Shown here: positions 40,057 to 50,381 of the stretch, in pieces
Position numbering within the stretch: position 1 is the first letter of the stretch
Layout of the letters: each line of letters begins with the position of its first letter
DNA from: Deltaproteobacteria bacterium
Lineage (GTDB): Bacteria; Myxococcota_A; Polyangia; Fen-1088
Direction of reading: 5' to 3'
DNA: 64,000 bases
Assembly: GCA_033763315.1 (NCBI GenBank)
Contig: JANRKS010000034.1
Span: 160,001 to 224,000, forward strand
Translations under genes and position numbers: made by a program
Notes under the pieces: model-generated
The model's database searches: none
Told to the model about the DNA's origin: nothing
What the model saw: the letters and a program-made list of their open reading frames with translations, nothing else

Positions 40057-42786
40057 TTGCGTGCGGTGACTTCGTGCACCGCCGCTCCTTACGGACAAAC
40101 CGCGCCCGTGGCACCAGAATCGAAAGCAGAAGGCGCGCCCACGGCGCTGATGCGCCAGTACCTGGAAGTCAAAGCCCGGTATGCCGATGCCCTGCTATTC
40201 TTCCGCCTGGGCGACTTCTACGAGATGTTCTACGAGGACGCCGTCTATGTGGCGCGCGCGCTCGGGCTCACGCTGACGTCGCGGGACAAGGGCAAAGAAG
40301 ACGCTGTGCCCATGTGTGGTGTGCCTCACCACGCTGCCTCTGGATACATCGCCAAGCTTACCGAACTGGGCCATCGCGTAGCGCTGTGCGAACAGCTCGA
40401 AGATCCTCGATCCGTCAAAGGCATCGTGAAACGCGACGTGGTTCGCGTGATCACGCCCGGGGTGATCATTGACGAGAACACCCTTGATCCACGCACCCCC
40501 AACTTTGTGGCGGCTGTGGCTGGTGAGCCACGTGATGGGTATGCCGTGGCTTTTGCCGATGTCACCACGGGCGATTTTCGCGGCACGTGGGTGCAAAGCC
40601 GCGAAGCCTTGATTGACGAGCTGGCGCGCATCGAGCCCAACGAATTGGTGGTGGATGGCGACGACGAGCTGCCTGCGTTGGTGCGCAAGGCGTATGGCCG
40701 CTTGCCGCAATCGAAGCTTAAAGACGGCTTTACCGATAGCGCCGCTTGCATTGCGTTCTTGCAAACGTGCCTGGGGCCTGGGTGCGATGTCGAAGCGGTG
40801 ACGAAGGCCCCTGCGTTGGCCTTGGCCGCGGCGCGGGTGCTCAAATACGCGCGCGACACGCAGGTGTCGTCGCCTTTGCCGATCAGCGCACTCGAGATCT
40901 ACCGGCGCGATGATCACTTGATCATTGACGAACAGGCGCGTGCGCATCTTGAGCTGACTTGCACGATGACGGGCGGCCACCGCAAAGGATCTTTGCTGGA
41001 CGCGCTTGATGTCACCTGCAGCGCCATGGGCGGACGCTTGTTGCGGCGGTGGCTATTGTTCCCGTTGATCGACGTGGCCGCGATCCGACGCCGCTTGGAC
41101 GCTGTGGAGCGCTTGGTGGCCCACCATGGCGTGCGCGATGAAGTGCGCCGGCATTTGGCTGGGCTTGGGGATCTAGAACGCTTGGCCAGCCGCGCGCGTT
41201 TGGGCGTGGCCACCCCGCGAGATCTCTCTGTGTTGGGGCGATCGTTGCGTGATTTGCCCGCGTTGGCCGAGGCGCTGATGCAAGCGTCGCAAGATCTCGT
41301 TCCCGAAGATCCAGCGGGCGATCTATTGCATTTGGGCGGCGATTTGGAAGACGCGCTTGCCGAAGAGTTGACAGCCACGTTGAAAGAAGGCGCGGGCGCT
41401 CAAACGAAAGACGGCGGCTACGTCAACGATGGCGTCTCTGCAGAATTGGATGAACTGCGTTCGATCGCCAGTGGTGGCCGCGATCGCATCGTGCAAATCG
41501 AGGCGCGCGAGCGCACCCGCACAGGCATTCCTTCTTTGAAGGTGAAGTTCAACAACGTCTTCGGGTACTACATCGAGATCACCAAAACGCACCTCGCTGC
41601 GGTTCCCGCGGATTACACACGCAAACAAACGGTCGCCAACGCCGAACGTTTCGTTACGCCGGAGCTGGCGGAATACGAAGAGAAGATCGTGTCGGCTGAT
41701 GATCGCCGTGTGGCGCTTGAGTTAGCCATCTTCACTGTGCTTCGAGACAAGGTGGCTGCGGCTGCCCCGCGGTTGCTGGCGCTCGCGGCCAAGGTGGCCA
41801 CCGTTGACGTGGTGGCAGCGCTCGCCGAGCAAGCGCACCGCAATGGTTATGTTCGCCCCGAAGTCGATGACAGTGAAACGCTGGACTTCACTGATTCACG
41901 CCACCCCGTGGTGGAACGGCTGGCCGCTGCGGGTGGCTTCGTCCCGAACGATGTGCGTATCGACACCGAAAGCCAGCAGCTGTTGTTGGTGACCGGTCCC
42001 AATATGGCGGGCAAAAGCACACTCATTCGGCAGGTGGCCTTGTGTGTGATCATGGGGCAAATGGGCAGCTTTGTGCCCGCCCGCACCGCGCGCCTCGGCG
42101 TGTGTGACCGGGTCTTCACGCGCGTGGGTGCGGGTGACAACCTGGCGAGGGGCGAATCCACTTTCTTGGTGGAGATGCGGGAAACGGCCCACATCCTGCG
42201 CAACGCCAGCCGCAAGAGTTTGGTGATCTTGGACGAGATCGGCCGCGGCACCTCCACATACGACGGCGTTTCCATCGCGTGGGCGGTGGCCGAACACTTG
42301 CACGACCGGATCGGCGCGCGTGCCTTGTTTGCCACGCATTACCACGAGCTTTGTGCGCTTTGTGAGCTTCACCCTAAAGTGGTGAACGTGGCGGTGGCCG
42401 CCCGCGAATGGAACGGTGAAGTGGTGTTTTTGCGCAAGCTCACCCCCGGTGGCGCCAGCCGTTCTTTTGGCGTGGAGGTCGCGAAATTGGCGGGTTTACC
42501 CGCGGCCGTGGTGGCACGCGCGCAAGACATTTTGCGATCGCTCGAATCCACCCGCGGCACCGCCGCCGGGCCCTTGATGGTTGTTCCCCGTGACGATAAG
42601 GCGCCACAGCTGGGGCTTTTTGATCGCCCGCCGCCGTCAGTGGCGCCGGCGTCTTTGGCGCAGGCGTTTCCTTGGGCCCACGAGGTCATTGAGCGGCTTC
42701 GAAACGCCGAGGCCGATGATTTATCGCCACGGGCGGCGTGGGACCTGGTGGCCGAATTGCAAAAGAAGTTGACCTCCACAGATTGA
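40057..42786 (+). CDS. mutS: DNA mismatch repair protein MutS
   Basis: FRLGDFYEMF, TGPNMAGKST, DEIGRGTST; true start may be GTG 40108. Confidence 0.97.
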   Translation: MRAVTSCTAAPYGQTAPVAPESKAEGAPTALMRQYLEVKARYADALLFFRLGDFYEMFYEDAVYVARALGLTLTSRDKGKEDAVPMCGVPHHAASGYIAKLTELGHRVALCEQLEDPRSVKGIVKRDVVRVITPGVIIDENTLDPRTPNFVAAVAGEPRDGYAVAFADVTTGDFRGTWVQSREALIDELARIEPNELVVDGDDELPALVRKAYGRLPQSKLKDGFTDSAACIAFLQTCLGPGCDVEAVTKAPALALAAARVLKYARDTQVSSPLPISALEIYRRDDHLIIDEQARAHLELTCTMTGGHRKGSLLDALDVTCSAMGGRLLRRWLLFPLIDVAAIRRRLDAVERLVAHHGVRDEVRRHLAGLGDLERLASRARLGVATPRDLSVLGRSLRDLPALAEALMQASQDLVPEDPAGDLLHLGGDLEDALAEELTATLKEGAGAQTKDGGYVNDGVSAELDELRSIASGGRDRIVQIEARERTRTGIPSLKVKFNNVFGYYIEITKTHLAAVPADYTRKQTVANAERFVTPELAEYEEKIVSADDRRVALELAIFTVLRDKVAAAAPRLLALAAKVATVDVVAALAEQAHRNGYVRPEVDDSETLDFTDSRHPVVERLAAAGGFVPNDVRIDTESQQLLLVTGPNMAGKSTLIRQVALCVIMGQMGSFVPARTARLGVCDRVFTRVGAGDNLARGESTFLVEMRETAHILRNASRKSLVILDEIGRGTSTYDGVSIAWAVAEHLHDRIGARALFATHYHELCALCELHPKVVNVAVAAREWNGEVVFLRKLTPGGASRSFGVEVAKLAGLPAAVVARAQDILRSLESTRGTAAGPLMVVPRDDKAPQLGLFDRPPPSVAPASLAQAFPWAHEVIERLRNAEADDLSPRAAWDLVAELQKKLTSTD

Positions 42787-42802
42787 TCCGCACCATAAAC
42801 TT

Positions 42803-43696
42803 GTGGTGCGGCTGCGTTTCCCTCGTGCACTGATGCTGGTGCTTGCCCTGGTTTGGCCGGGAGGCATGGCCTCAGCGGCAACACCGGTGAAACGCACGTC
42901 CGCCCCTGTGGCGCGTGCCCGGCCGTCGACAAAGGCTGCCTCTGCCTCGTCGCAGGGGGGGGTGAGCCACAGCCGCACGCGTTCGGGGCGTTCCACCAAG
43001 GCCAATGCGTCCGCTCGGCGATCGTCGCCGAAGAAGCGTCCCCGCTGGGCACCGGTGGAGATGTTTCACGTCAACACGCGCGAAGTGGTTCAGTTGCGCA
43101 TCGCCGACAGCCGTGGGCGCGCGATCAAGGGCGCCAACAAACGCTACGATAAGTTCTTTCGCTGCCATCACACGAACCACCAGCACAAGATGGATCCGCG
43201 GCTTGTGCGCCTGCTTTACGAGGTGGGGCGGCACTATGACGGCCGCCGCATCGAAGTGATCTCGGGCTACCGCGACCCGGGAGTTGCGAAGAACCCGAAG
43301 AGTCCCCACAAACTGGGCCTGGCCTGTGATTTTCGCGTGGTGGGGATTCGCAACCAAGAGCTGCGCGATTACCTGCGCAAATCGTTCGACCACGTGGGTG
43401 TAGGTTATTACCCGAACTCGTCGTTCGTGCACTTGGACGTGCGCACGGGCGGGTCGGCCTTTTGGATCGACTACTCGTCACCGGGGGGCAACTCGCTTTA
43501 TTCCGAAAACCCCAGTGAAGACCTCAAAACGGGCCGTGCTGACACGTTCAAGCCGACGGCCATCGATCCCGCCTGGGCCAAAGAGGGGGCAAACGACAGC
43601 GAAGAAGGCAACGAATCAGATAACCCCGCTTGCTGTGAAGAAGTGGCGCCTGCCACTGTCGCGGCTCCGCCCGAGGCGCCCAAACCTGCCGAGTAG
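42803..43696 (+). CDS. DUF882/YcbK (MepK-like) M15 peptidoglycan peptidase
   Basis: VISGYR, SPHKLGLACD, GVGYYPNSSFVHLDVR. Confidence 0.88.
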   Translation: MVRLRFPRALMLVLALVWPGGMASAATPVKRTSAPVARARPSTKAASASSQGGVSHSRTRSGRSTKANASARRSSPKKRPRWAPVEMFHVNTREVVQLRIADSRGRAIKGANKRYDKFFRCHHTNHQHKMDPRLVRLLYEVGRHYDGRRIEVISGYRDPGVAKNPKSPHKLGLACDFRVVGIRNQELRDYLRKSFDHVGVGYYPNSSFVHLDVRTGGSAFWIDYSSPGGNSLYSENPSEDLKTGRADTFKPTAIDPAWAKEGANDSEEGNESDNPACCEEVAPATVAAPPEAPKPAE

Positions 43697-43832
43697 AATA
43701 TTTTGCCCCTCGCCAACGCCCAAGGGCTGGGTGTTTGCTGTCGTGAGGGGGGCCACCCCGATGGTCTTGCTTTTCTGGCGTGGCGGCCAATGCTAAAACC
43801 CTGTTAACTTTCGCGCGTCAGGAGTTCATTTC

Positions 43833-44882
43833 ATGAAGCGTTTTGCCCGTTGGACCGTGGTGTCGACTTTGGTGTTGTCACCGTTATTGGCCTCGTCTCT
43901 GCCCGGATCCCGCGGATCTGAGGCGCACGCTGCCCCGAAAAAAGCTGCCAAGGCGGCCAAACCTGCCAAAGCCGCGGCGGCGCCTCCCAACGCCAACGCC
44001 GAGGAGATCAACAAGCTTAAGGGCGAATTTAAGTGGGGTATGCCCGTTGAAGAAGTGCAAAAGGGCATGGAGCAGCGGGTCCGCGACAGCTACGCCGAAG
44101 AATTGAAAAAGGCGATCAAGGATCCAACGCAGTACGCGCGCAAACGTTCTGAGATCGAAAAGGAGGTCAAAGCCATCAAGGCGAACTACGTAAAGTTCGA
44201 AGGCAAGAAGACCGGCTACGATTCTTCGATCGTCGACCAGGAATTCGCGCACAAGACGGATGAGTCGATGCTGACCTCGCGTGACGACAAGAACACGCGC
44301 TACTACTTCTTCGTGGACGGCAAGCTCTACAAGATCTTCACGGCGTTCAGCAAAGAGGTTTTGCAGGACAAGTCGTTTACCGACTTCGGCGAGCTGATGC
44401 AGGCGCGCTTCGGCAAAGCCAAGCAGGTGATGGTGGAGGAAAAAACGAAGGCTGGCGTGAGCACCAAGCTTGACCACTACGAGTGGTCTTCGGCCTCTGG
44501 TGATGGTTTGCGTTTGGTCGACCGGAGCGAGTTCTACGACGTTTACTGCTTGGTGATCTACGATCGCAAGGTGGCCGATGCGTTGGCGCAAACGCGTGAA
44601 CGGGTGCACCCGCACGCGACCGGCAAAGATTCATTGGTGGAAGCGGCACTGACGGGCGATCGCAGCGGTGACGACGTGAACGCCAACATCATCGATCAGA
44701 TCGCAGGCAAGGATTACGCGAAACCCGGTGCCGCACCAGCGGACATCGTGGTGCCGAGCCCCTCGGGTGTGGCGCCCACCGCGGCGCAGGTCAACGCTGG
44801 CAGCAAGAAGGAAACCGGAGGCGGCAAGAAATCCGGCGCCACCAACAGCAAGAAGAGCGCTAGCGACGAGCTTGAGCTTTAA
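43833..44882 (+). CDS. Exported hypothetical protein
   Basis: AGGAG SD, signal peptide, strongly biased codons, followed by a terminator. Confidence 0.85.
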   Translation: MKRFARWTVVSTLVLSPLLASSLPGSRGSEAHAAPKKAAKAAKPAKAAAAPPNANAEEINKLKGEFKWGMPVEEVQKGMEQRVRDSYAEELKKAIKDPTQYARKRSEIEKEVKAIKANYVKFEGKKTGYDSSIVDQEFAHKTDESMLTSRDDKNTRYYFFVDGKLYKIFTAFSKEVLQDKSFTDFGELMQARFGKAKQVMVEEKTKAGVSTKLDHYEWSSASGDGLRLVDRSEFYDVYCLVIYDRKVADALAQTRERVHPHATGKDSLVEAALTGDRSGDDVNANIIDQIAGKDYAKPGAAPADIVVPSPSGVAPTAAQVNAGSKKETGGGKKSGATNSKKSASDELEL

Positions 44883-44908
44883 GCGCGTTTAACGGCCAAA
44901 AGAAAAAT

Positions 44909-44942
44909 AAACGGGGTGAGCCTTCACCCCGTTTTTGTTTTT
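44909..44942 (+). terminator. Intrinsic terminator (bidirectional form)
   Basis: AAACGGGGTGA-GCCT-TCACCCCGTTT followed by TTGTTTTT. Confidence 0.88.
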
Positions 44943-45159
44943 AGGCCACCGAGCCCCCGTAAAAACAGCCTTCGGCAAACGGGGCGCGGCGGGTTTCCTT
45001 GGCGCGCATGCATGGAACTACTTTGCATGACAACATGCTAGTGACCTCGAGCGGTGAGGAGCAGGTGCGTACGGGCTCTACATGCATGGTACAAATGCAC
45101 CACGCTTGCGCGGCACAAACCTCCTTAAGTGAGAAAATTTGCCGATAAGATAAGACGCC

Positions 45160-48135
45160 TTGTCTGCGCGCGTCTCACAGTGTGTTCGTCTTGTCACCCT
45201 TGCTGTGCTGCTGTGGGCTCACATTCGCTGCGGTTTGGTCCACGCCGCAGACACCCTGGTGACGTCCGAAAGCGCACGGCGCTTCCCGCAGATGCGACAG
45301 GTGCATGCCATCACCCAGGACGCGCATGGCTTCCTGTGGTTGGGCACCGAGGCGGGCCTGTGGAATTTTGACGGCACCCATTTCCAATCCGTCTCTGCAC
45401 CTCGGTTTGGCGCGGTTGTGGCGCTGGCCGTGGACGGCGTGGGCAACGTGTGGCTTGCGAAGCGCAAAGACCTCGATGGCGCCGTTTACCGCTTGAGCAA
45501 GGGTGTACTTGCTGAGCAGCCCGACTTCGCCCGCGTGACGGGGGCCGAGATCGAAGATCTACGGGTGGACGGACGCGATCGTGTGTGGGTGCGTTCGAAG
45601 CGCGGGTTGTTCATGAAGGCCGAGGGCGACGCCGTGGTGCAGGTGGGGCCGTCGCAAGGCCTTAAGGGCGACGTGGTCACGGCCTTGATGGTGCACGGAA
45701 AGTCGGTTTGGGCGGCCACGAACGCAGGTGTATTCGCCACGCAGGACACGCAATTTGTGCAGAAGGCGGACGACGTTGACATCACAGCGATGTGTCTCGA
45801 CAACACACAACGCTTGTGGCTCGCGCATGGGGCAAGCCAACCACGCCTGACCTACCTGGAGCGCGGGGCACGGCAGGCATTGCCTGCAAGCCCTGATGTA
45901 GATCTGCCACGGGTGACGTCACTGGCGCCTTTTGACGGCGGGCTCGTGGCCACGAGCGTCTATGGGTTTTGGTGGACTGACGGCAAAGAAGTGAAGCCTT
46001 TTGCGTTTCCTGATGTGGGGCGCGATGTGAACGCTTGGTCGGCGTTTGTGGATCGAGATCAAAACCTGTGGGTGGGAACGGACTTTGATGGGCTTTTGCA
46101 GGTGCGCCGGCAGCCCCTCGTCCGCACCAAGTCGGTGGCATCACTGGGCCACGGCAGCGCTGTTTTTGCGCTTGCGAAAGACAAGACCGGGGCCGTGTGG
46201 GCTTCACTGCCGCAGGGCCCGGCTCGCAGTTCAGCTCAAGGGTGGGAGGTGTTCCCCATTCCTGCTGCCTTGCGAGTGTTCACCCCTCGATCACTGTCCT
46301 TTGGAACCCATGGAGAGCTTTGGATAGGCACGATGAGCGAAGGCGTGGTGCGTTTGGTGAACGGGGAATTTACGCATTTTACCGCGCCCTCAGATTTGCC
46401 CTCAAACGCGATGCCCAACCTCTTCCACACGCGCGAAGGCGCTTTGTATGTCGGGCAAGCGGGTGGTGGCTTGCTCACGTTTTCCGATGGCAAGTTCACT
46501 GAGATCAAGGGCTCGCGGCAGGTGTGCCCCGCCACAGTGGCGTCGTTTGATCAAGCCGCAGACGGCGCGCTTTGGTTTGCCACGGCGGGTGCGGGCCTTT
46601 GCCGTTACGACGGCACTGGCATCGAAGCCTGGACGACGAAGGAGGGGCTGCCCGAAAACGATCTGCGTGCGCTTTACGTGGATAACCACAATGTGATTTG
46701 GATTGGCACCAACCAGCTGGGGTTGGCCGTCAAGCGGTCCGACAAGATCGAGGCGGTACCGTTGGACCTCGACCTCAACCTTGAGGAAGTGGCCTCGATC
46801 ATCGGTGACAACGAAGGCAACATTTGGCTGAGCACGCCGATCGGTTTGTTTCGCATCAATGCCGCCGACGTGTTCGACGTACTGGATGGCAAGCGCGCGT
46901 CCATCCGTTCTTTGAAGATCGGCATGGAGGACGGTTTGCTTAGCGGCACATTCTTGGGGCAATGGACGGCCAGCGCGTTGCGCACCGCAGAGGGCAGCTT
47001 GTGGTTTCCGAACTTCCGTGGATTGGTGCAGGTGCCTTCACCGAAGATTGCCACCACGCAGAATCTGCCCAAGCCCCACGTTGACCTATTTTTGATCAAT
47101 GGCAAGCCATTGGATCCAAGCCAAACGCTGGAGGTGCCGGTGGGCGGCGGCAACGTGGAGGTGGCGTTCTCGGCCGCCGAGTTCATGTACCCGCACCGCC
47201 TGCAGTTCTCGCACAAACTGATCGGACAAGAATACAAAGTTGACGAGCGGTGGCGTGCCACGGGTGAAAAGCGGTCGATCTTTTACGCCAACCTCGCTCC
47301 GGGGCACTACGAAATGCACATCGTGGTTGGCACAACCGATCGCGACGACAAGCAGTCAGCGGTTGTGCGTTTTCGATTGGTTCCCCCGCTATACCGAACC
47401 ACGCCGTTCTATCTGGGCTGCGTAACCATGTTTGCCCTGCTGCTTTATGCTTTTTATCGACTGCGCATGTGGCAGGTGCGTGATCGGTTCAATGCCGTGA
47501 TGAGTGATCGCGGGCGCATCGCACGCGACATGCATGACACCCTCGAACAAGGGCTGATCGCCATGAAGTTGCAAACGGAGTCGTTGCTTAAGAACGCACA
47601 CAACCACGATGAGGTCACATCGCGTGCAGCGCGCATCCAATCGCTTATTGGTGAGAGCTTGCGTGATGCCAAGAGTTCTGTGTGGGCCTTGCGTGCCGAA
47701 GCGTCAGGCAACACAGATTTGGCCACGGCGTTGTCGGTGTCTGTGGGGTGGCTGCTGCGGGGCACGGAGGTGAAGTTTGAGTCGGAACTGAAGGGGAAAG
47801 CGTGCAGGCTTGAACCCGAGGCACAACAGCAGATTGTGCGAATCATTCAAGAGGCCCTCAACAACGCTGTCAAACACGGGCAGTGCCGCAGTGTGAAACT
47901 TGTTCTGGATTTCTCACAAGCGGACGTTCGCGTGGCGTTGAGCGATGATGGGCGTGGTTTCGACAACGCAGCCGGACCCGCCGAAGGTCATTTTGGCTTG
48001 TTGGGTATGCGCGAACGCGCCGACCAGGTGGGTGTGAAACTGGCCATCGACAGCGAAAGTGGCGTGGGTACAAAGATTTTGATCGTGGTTCCCAAACGTT
48101 TGCGGCGCGCCACTTTGGCGCAGGATTCGGAGTAA
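45160..48135 (+). CDS. Sensor histidine kinase (beta-propeller + Y_Y_Y + HisKA_3 + HATPase)
   Basis: Repeated D..G.LW.GT, YANLAPGHY, TM, RIARDMHDTLEQG, DDGRGF, GHFGLLGMRER. Confidence 0.92.
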   Translation: MSARVSQCVRLVTLAVLLWAHIRCGLVHAADTLVTSESARRFPQMRQVHAITQDAHGFLWLGTEAGLWNFDGTHFQSVSAPRFGAVVALAVDGVGNVWLAKRKDLDGAVYRLSKGVLAEQPDFARVTGAEIEDLRVDGRDRVWVRSKRGLFMKAEGDAVVQVGPSQGLKGDVVTALMVHGKSVWAATNAGVFATQDTQFVQKADDVDITAMCLDNTQRLWLAHGASQPRLTYLERGARQALPASPDVDLPRVTSLAPFDGGLVATSVYGFWWTDGKEVKPFAFPDVGRDVNAWSAFVDRDQNLWVGTDFDGLLQVRRQPLVRTKSVASLGHGSAVFALAKDKTGAVWASLPQGPARSSAQGWEVFPIPAALRVFTPRSLSFGTHGELWIGTMSEGVVRLVNGEFTHFTAPSDLPSNAMPNLFHTREGALYVGQAGGGLLTFSDGKFTEIKGSRQVCPATVASFDQAADGALWFATAGAGLCRYDGTGIEAWTTKEGLPENDLRALYVDNHNVIWIGTNQLGLAVKRSDKIEAVPLDLDLNLEEVASIIGDNEGNIWLSTPIGLFRINAADVFDVLDGKRASIRSLKIGMEDGLLSGTFLGQWTASALRTAEGSLWFPNFRGLVQVPSPKIATTQNLPKPHVDLFLINGKPLDPSQTLEVPVGGGNVEVAFSAAEFMYPHRLQFSHKLIGQEYKVDERWRATGEKRSIFYANLAPGHYEMHIVVGTTDRDDKQSAVVRFRLVPPLYRTTPFYLGCVTMFALLLYAFYRLRMWQVRDRFNAVMSDRGRIARDMHDTLEQGLIAMKLQTESLLKNAHNHDEVTSRAARIQSLIGESLRDAKSSVWALRAEASGNTDLATALSVSVGWLLRGTEVKFESELKGKACRLEPEAQQQIVRIIQEALNNAVKHGQCRSVKLVLDFSQADVRVALSDDGRGFDNAAGPAEGHFGLLGMRERADQVGVKLAIDSESGVGTKILIVVPKRLRRATLAQDSE

Positions 48136-48139
48136 CGTC

Positions 48140-48778
48140 ATGTCAGTGCAAGAGCAGCGGCGCATTCGTGTGGCCATCGTTGAGGATCACGCCATCGTTC
48201 GCGATGGCCTCACGTCCGTGATTGGGTCTGAACCCGACCTCGAAGTTGTGGCCGCATACGCCAGCGGTGAAGAAGCCATCAACGGCATCGAAAAGGATCA
48301 ACCGGATATTGTGATTCTTGATATGCGCTTGCCTGGCCTTGATGGACTGGCCACGCTGTCGCTTCTGCAACTGCGCCGGCCTGGGCAGCGGGTGCTGATC
48401 GTTTCGAGCCAAGAGGGCGACGAAGCGGTTTACCGGGCGCTTAAGTCGGGGGCTGTGGGTTATGTGTTGAAGAAGCAGCCCAGCGAAGATCTGCTGGCAG
48501 CGATTCGGGCGGGGGTCACGGGCTCTGCGCAGCTGTCATCCGAGGTGGCGGCGTTGCTGTCGCGGCGTCTCGGCTCCAGCGATCTCACGGCGCGGGAGCT
48601 TGAGATTCTACGGCGTGTGGCCAATGGGCACAGCAACAAAGAAATCGCGGCGGCGCTCGGGATCTCCCACAACACGGTCAAAAACCACATCGTCGGCGTC
48701 ATGACCAAGCTTTCCGCCTCAGATCGCACCCACGCGGTCACGATTGCCTTGCAGCGCGGCCTTATCAATATAGGCTGA
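48140..48778 (+). CDS. NarL/LuxR response regulator
   Basis: EDH..VRDG, LDMRLP, LTARELEIL..GHSNKEIA. Confidence 0.95.
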   Translation: MSVQEQRRIRVAIVEDHAIVRDGLTSVIGSEPDLEVVAAYASGEEAINGIEKDQPDIVILDMRLPGLDGLATLSLLQLRRPGQRVLIVSSQEGDEAVYRALKSGAVGYVLKKQPSEDLLAAIRAGVTGSAQLSSEVAALLSRRLGSSDLTARELEILRRVANGHSNKEIAAALGISHNTVKNHIVGVMTKLSASDRTHAVTIALQRGLINIG

Positions 48779-48848
48779 GCGTTCGCCGGCCTTAAGCCGC
48801 ATCGTGTCGAGGATGCGTTGGCGGCTGCACTTGGGGGGTGACTTGCCC

Positions 48849-48877
48849 TTGACAAGGGCGGCCCACTTCACCAAAAT
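48849..48877 (+). promoter_or_regulatory. rpsT promoter
   Basis: TTGACA-N17-CAAAAT. Confidence 0.55.
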
Positions 48878-48909
48878 CCCCGACTCTTCAAACCGACCCG
48901 AGGGTTCCA

Positions 48910-49176
48910 TTGGCCAATAAGAAGTCAGCTGAAAAGCAAAATCGTAGCCGTATCAAGCGCACCGCGGCTAATAACTCACGCCGTTCCGAGATGCGGACCG
49001 CCATCAAAAAAGTCCGGGCCGCTGTGGCCGCCAAGAAGGGCGACGAAGCCCAGGCTCTGTTGAAAGAAGCTGTGAGCTTGATCGACCGCGCTGGTGGTCG
49101 TCAACTCATCAGCAAGAACACGTCGGCTCGGTTGGTTTCGCGGCTTACCACGGCTGCAAACCAAGCGCGCGCTTAA
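48910..49176 (+). CDS. rpsT: 30S ribosomal protein S20
   Basis: MANKKSAEK..., TTG start, N..AR..SRL. Confidence 0.96.
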   Translation: MANKKSAEKQNRSRIKRTAANNSRRSEMRTAIKKVRAAVAAKKGDEAQALLKEAVSLIDRAGGRQLISKNTSARLVSRLTTAANQARA

Positions 49177-49198
49177 GCAGACAACACACGCAATCCAG

Positions 49199-49236
49199 GC
49201 GCCCCGCTCGTCAGAGTGAGGGCGCTATTGTTGTTT
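49199..49236 (+). terminator. Putative terminator hairpin between rpsT and holA
   Basis: GCGCCC.CGCTC-GTCA-GAGTG.AGGGCGC followed by TATTGTTGTTT. Confidence 0.5.
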
Positions 49237-49246
49237 GTGGGCCCGC

Positions 49247-50323
49247 TCAACGCCGGTTGAGTTCATCGGCCAAATCACGCACCAATTTGGTGACCAACAG
49301 TTCGGGTTCAACGCGTGAGGATTTGAGCAGCCGGTCGGCGCGGTAAAGGTGATCGAAGCTTCGCTTAAGCGCCGGCACGGACACGCGCCGGGCTGGGCCC
49401 AAGATTTCGTCGAGGGCAAAAGGCGGCACACCGATCGCGCCTGGCAGATCGGCACGCGGCGTGTTCGCCGTGAGCAATTCCTTGGCCCGCCAGATTTGCC
49501 GCAGCTGTCGCAGCAAGGCGCCTTGAATCAACAGCGGCGGCTCGCGATCGCGCAGCAGTTGCCCCACAAGTGCCAACGCCTTGCCAGGTTGACCATCGGC
49601 CAACGCGCGCGTGAGTTCGAACACCTGCCGCTCACGGCTCTCTGGAATCAAGGCTTCCACGTGTGGCCGCTGGATCTCTTCGGGATCGCCGCTTTCGGTG
49701 CGCGCAAACAGGGTCAATTGCCCCAGCGCTTGCGACAAACGGCCTAGGTCGGGCCCTGCCGCCTCGGCGAGGGCGCGTGCGCCATCGGGTGAGATGGCAA
49801 TGCTTTGGCGTTTCGCCTCCTGCTGCAACCAGCGCGCGAGTTCGGAATCGCGCAGGCGCGCAAACTCATGCAAAACGCCGAGCTTCTTGAGGGTTGCAAA
49901 GGCTTTGAGGCGACCGTCAACTTTGTCGGGCTTGTCTGCCACGAGCACGAGCACGGTGGTGGGGTTCGGATCTTGGGCGTAGGTGACCAACGGCTCTAAA
50001 GCATCGGCTTTGGCTTGGTCGAGCCCACGCGCCACCACGAGCATGCGCTTGGCAAACATCGGCAGCGTGCGGCAAGCGTTGATGACCGCGGGCACACCCG
50101 CTTCTTTGAGATCAAAAATCTCCTCGTTGAGCGCTTGGCCTTTCGTGTTGCCCACAACGTGGCTGCGAAGCGCATCCAAGCACTGCTGGATGAGGTGGCG
50201 TTCGGCACCGTGAAACGCATACACGGCGTCTAGGTCGCCCGCCATGATGTTTGATAGGACGTCGCCACCTTTGGCGGCGGTTTTGCCTTTGGGGCCCGCC
50301 GGCCCACCTTTGCTTGCAGCCAC
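49247..50323 (-). CDS. holA: DNA polymerase III delta subunit
   Basis: Y.FHGAE, TLPMFAKRML, VFELTRAL, ADRLLKSS; convergent with rpsT. Confidence 0.9.
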   Translation of the reverse strand: MAASKGGPAGPKGKTAAKGGDVLSNIMAGDLDAVYAFHGAERHLIQQCLDALRSHVVGNTKGQALNEEIFDLKEAGVPAVINACRTLPMFAKRMLVVARGLDQAKADALEPLVTYAQDPNPTTVLVLVADKPDKVDGRLKAFATLKKLGVLHEFARLRDSELARWLQQEAKRQSIAISPDGARALAEAAGPDLGRLSQALGQLTLFARTESGDPEEIQRPHVEALIPESRERQVFELTRALADGQPGKALALVGQLLRDREPPLLIQGALLRQLRQIWRAKELLTANTPRADLPGAIGVPPFALDEILGPARRVSVPALKRSFDHLYRADRLLKSSRVEPELLVTKLVRDLADELNRR

Positions 50324-50381
50324 GGTGAGGTTCTACACCAGCCCCTTGAACCCAGCCGCGAAAAACGCCAGGGTCACACAC

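Noticed and set aside
44941-45087. 48-aa Cys-containing minus-strand ORF ending at the terminator
   Set aside because: No properly spaced SD and no recognisable features
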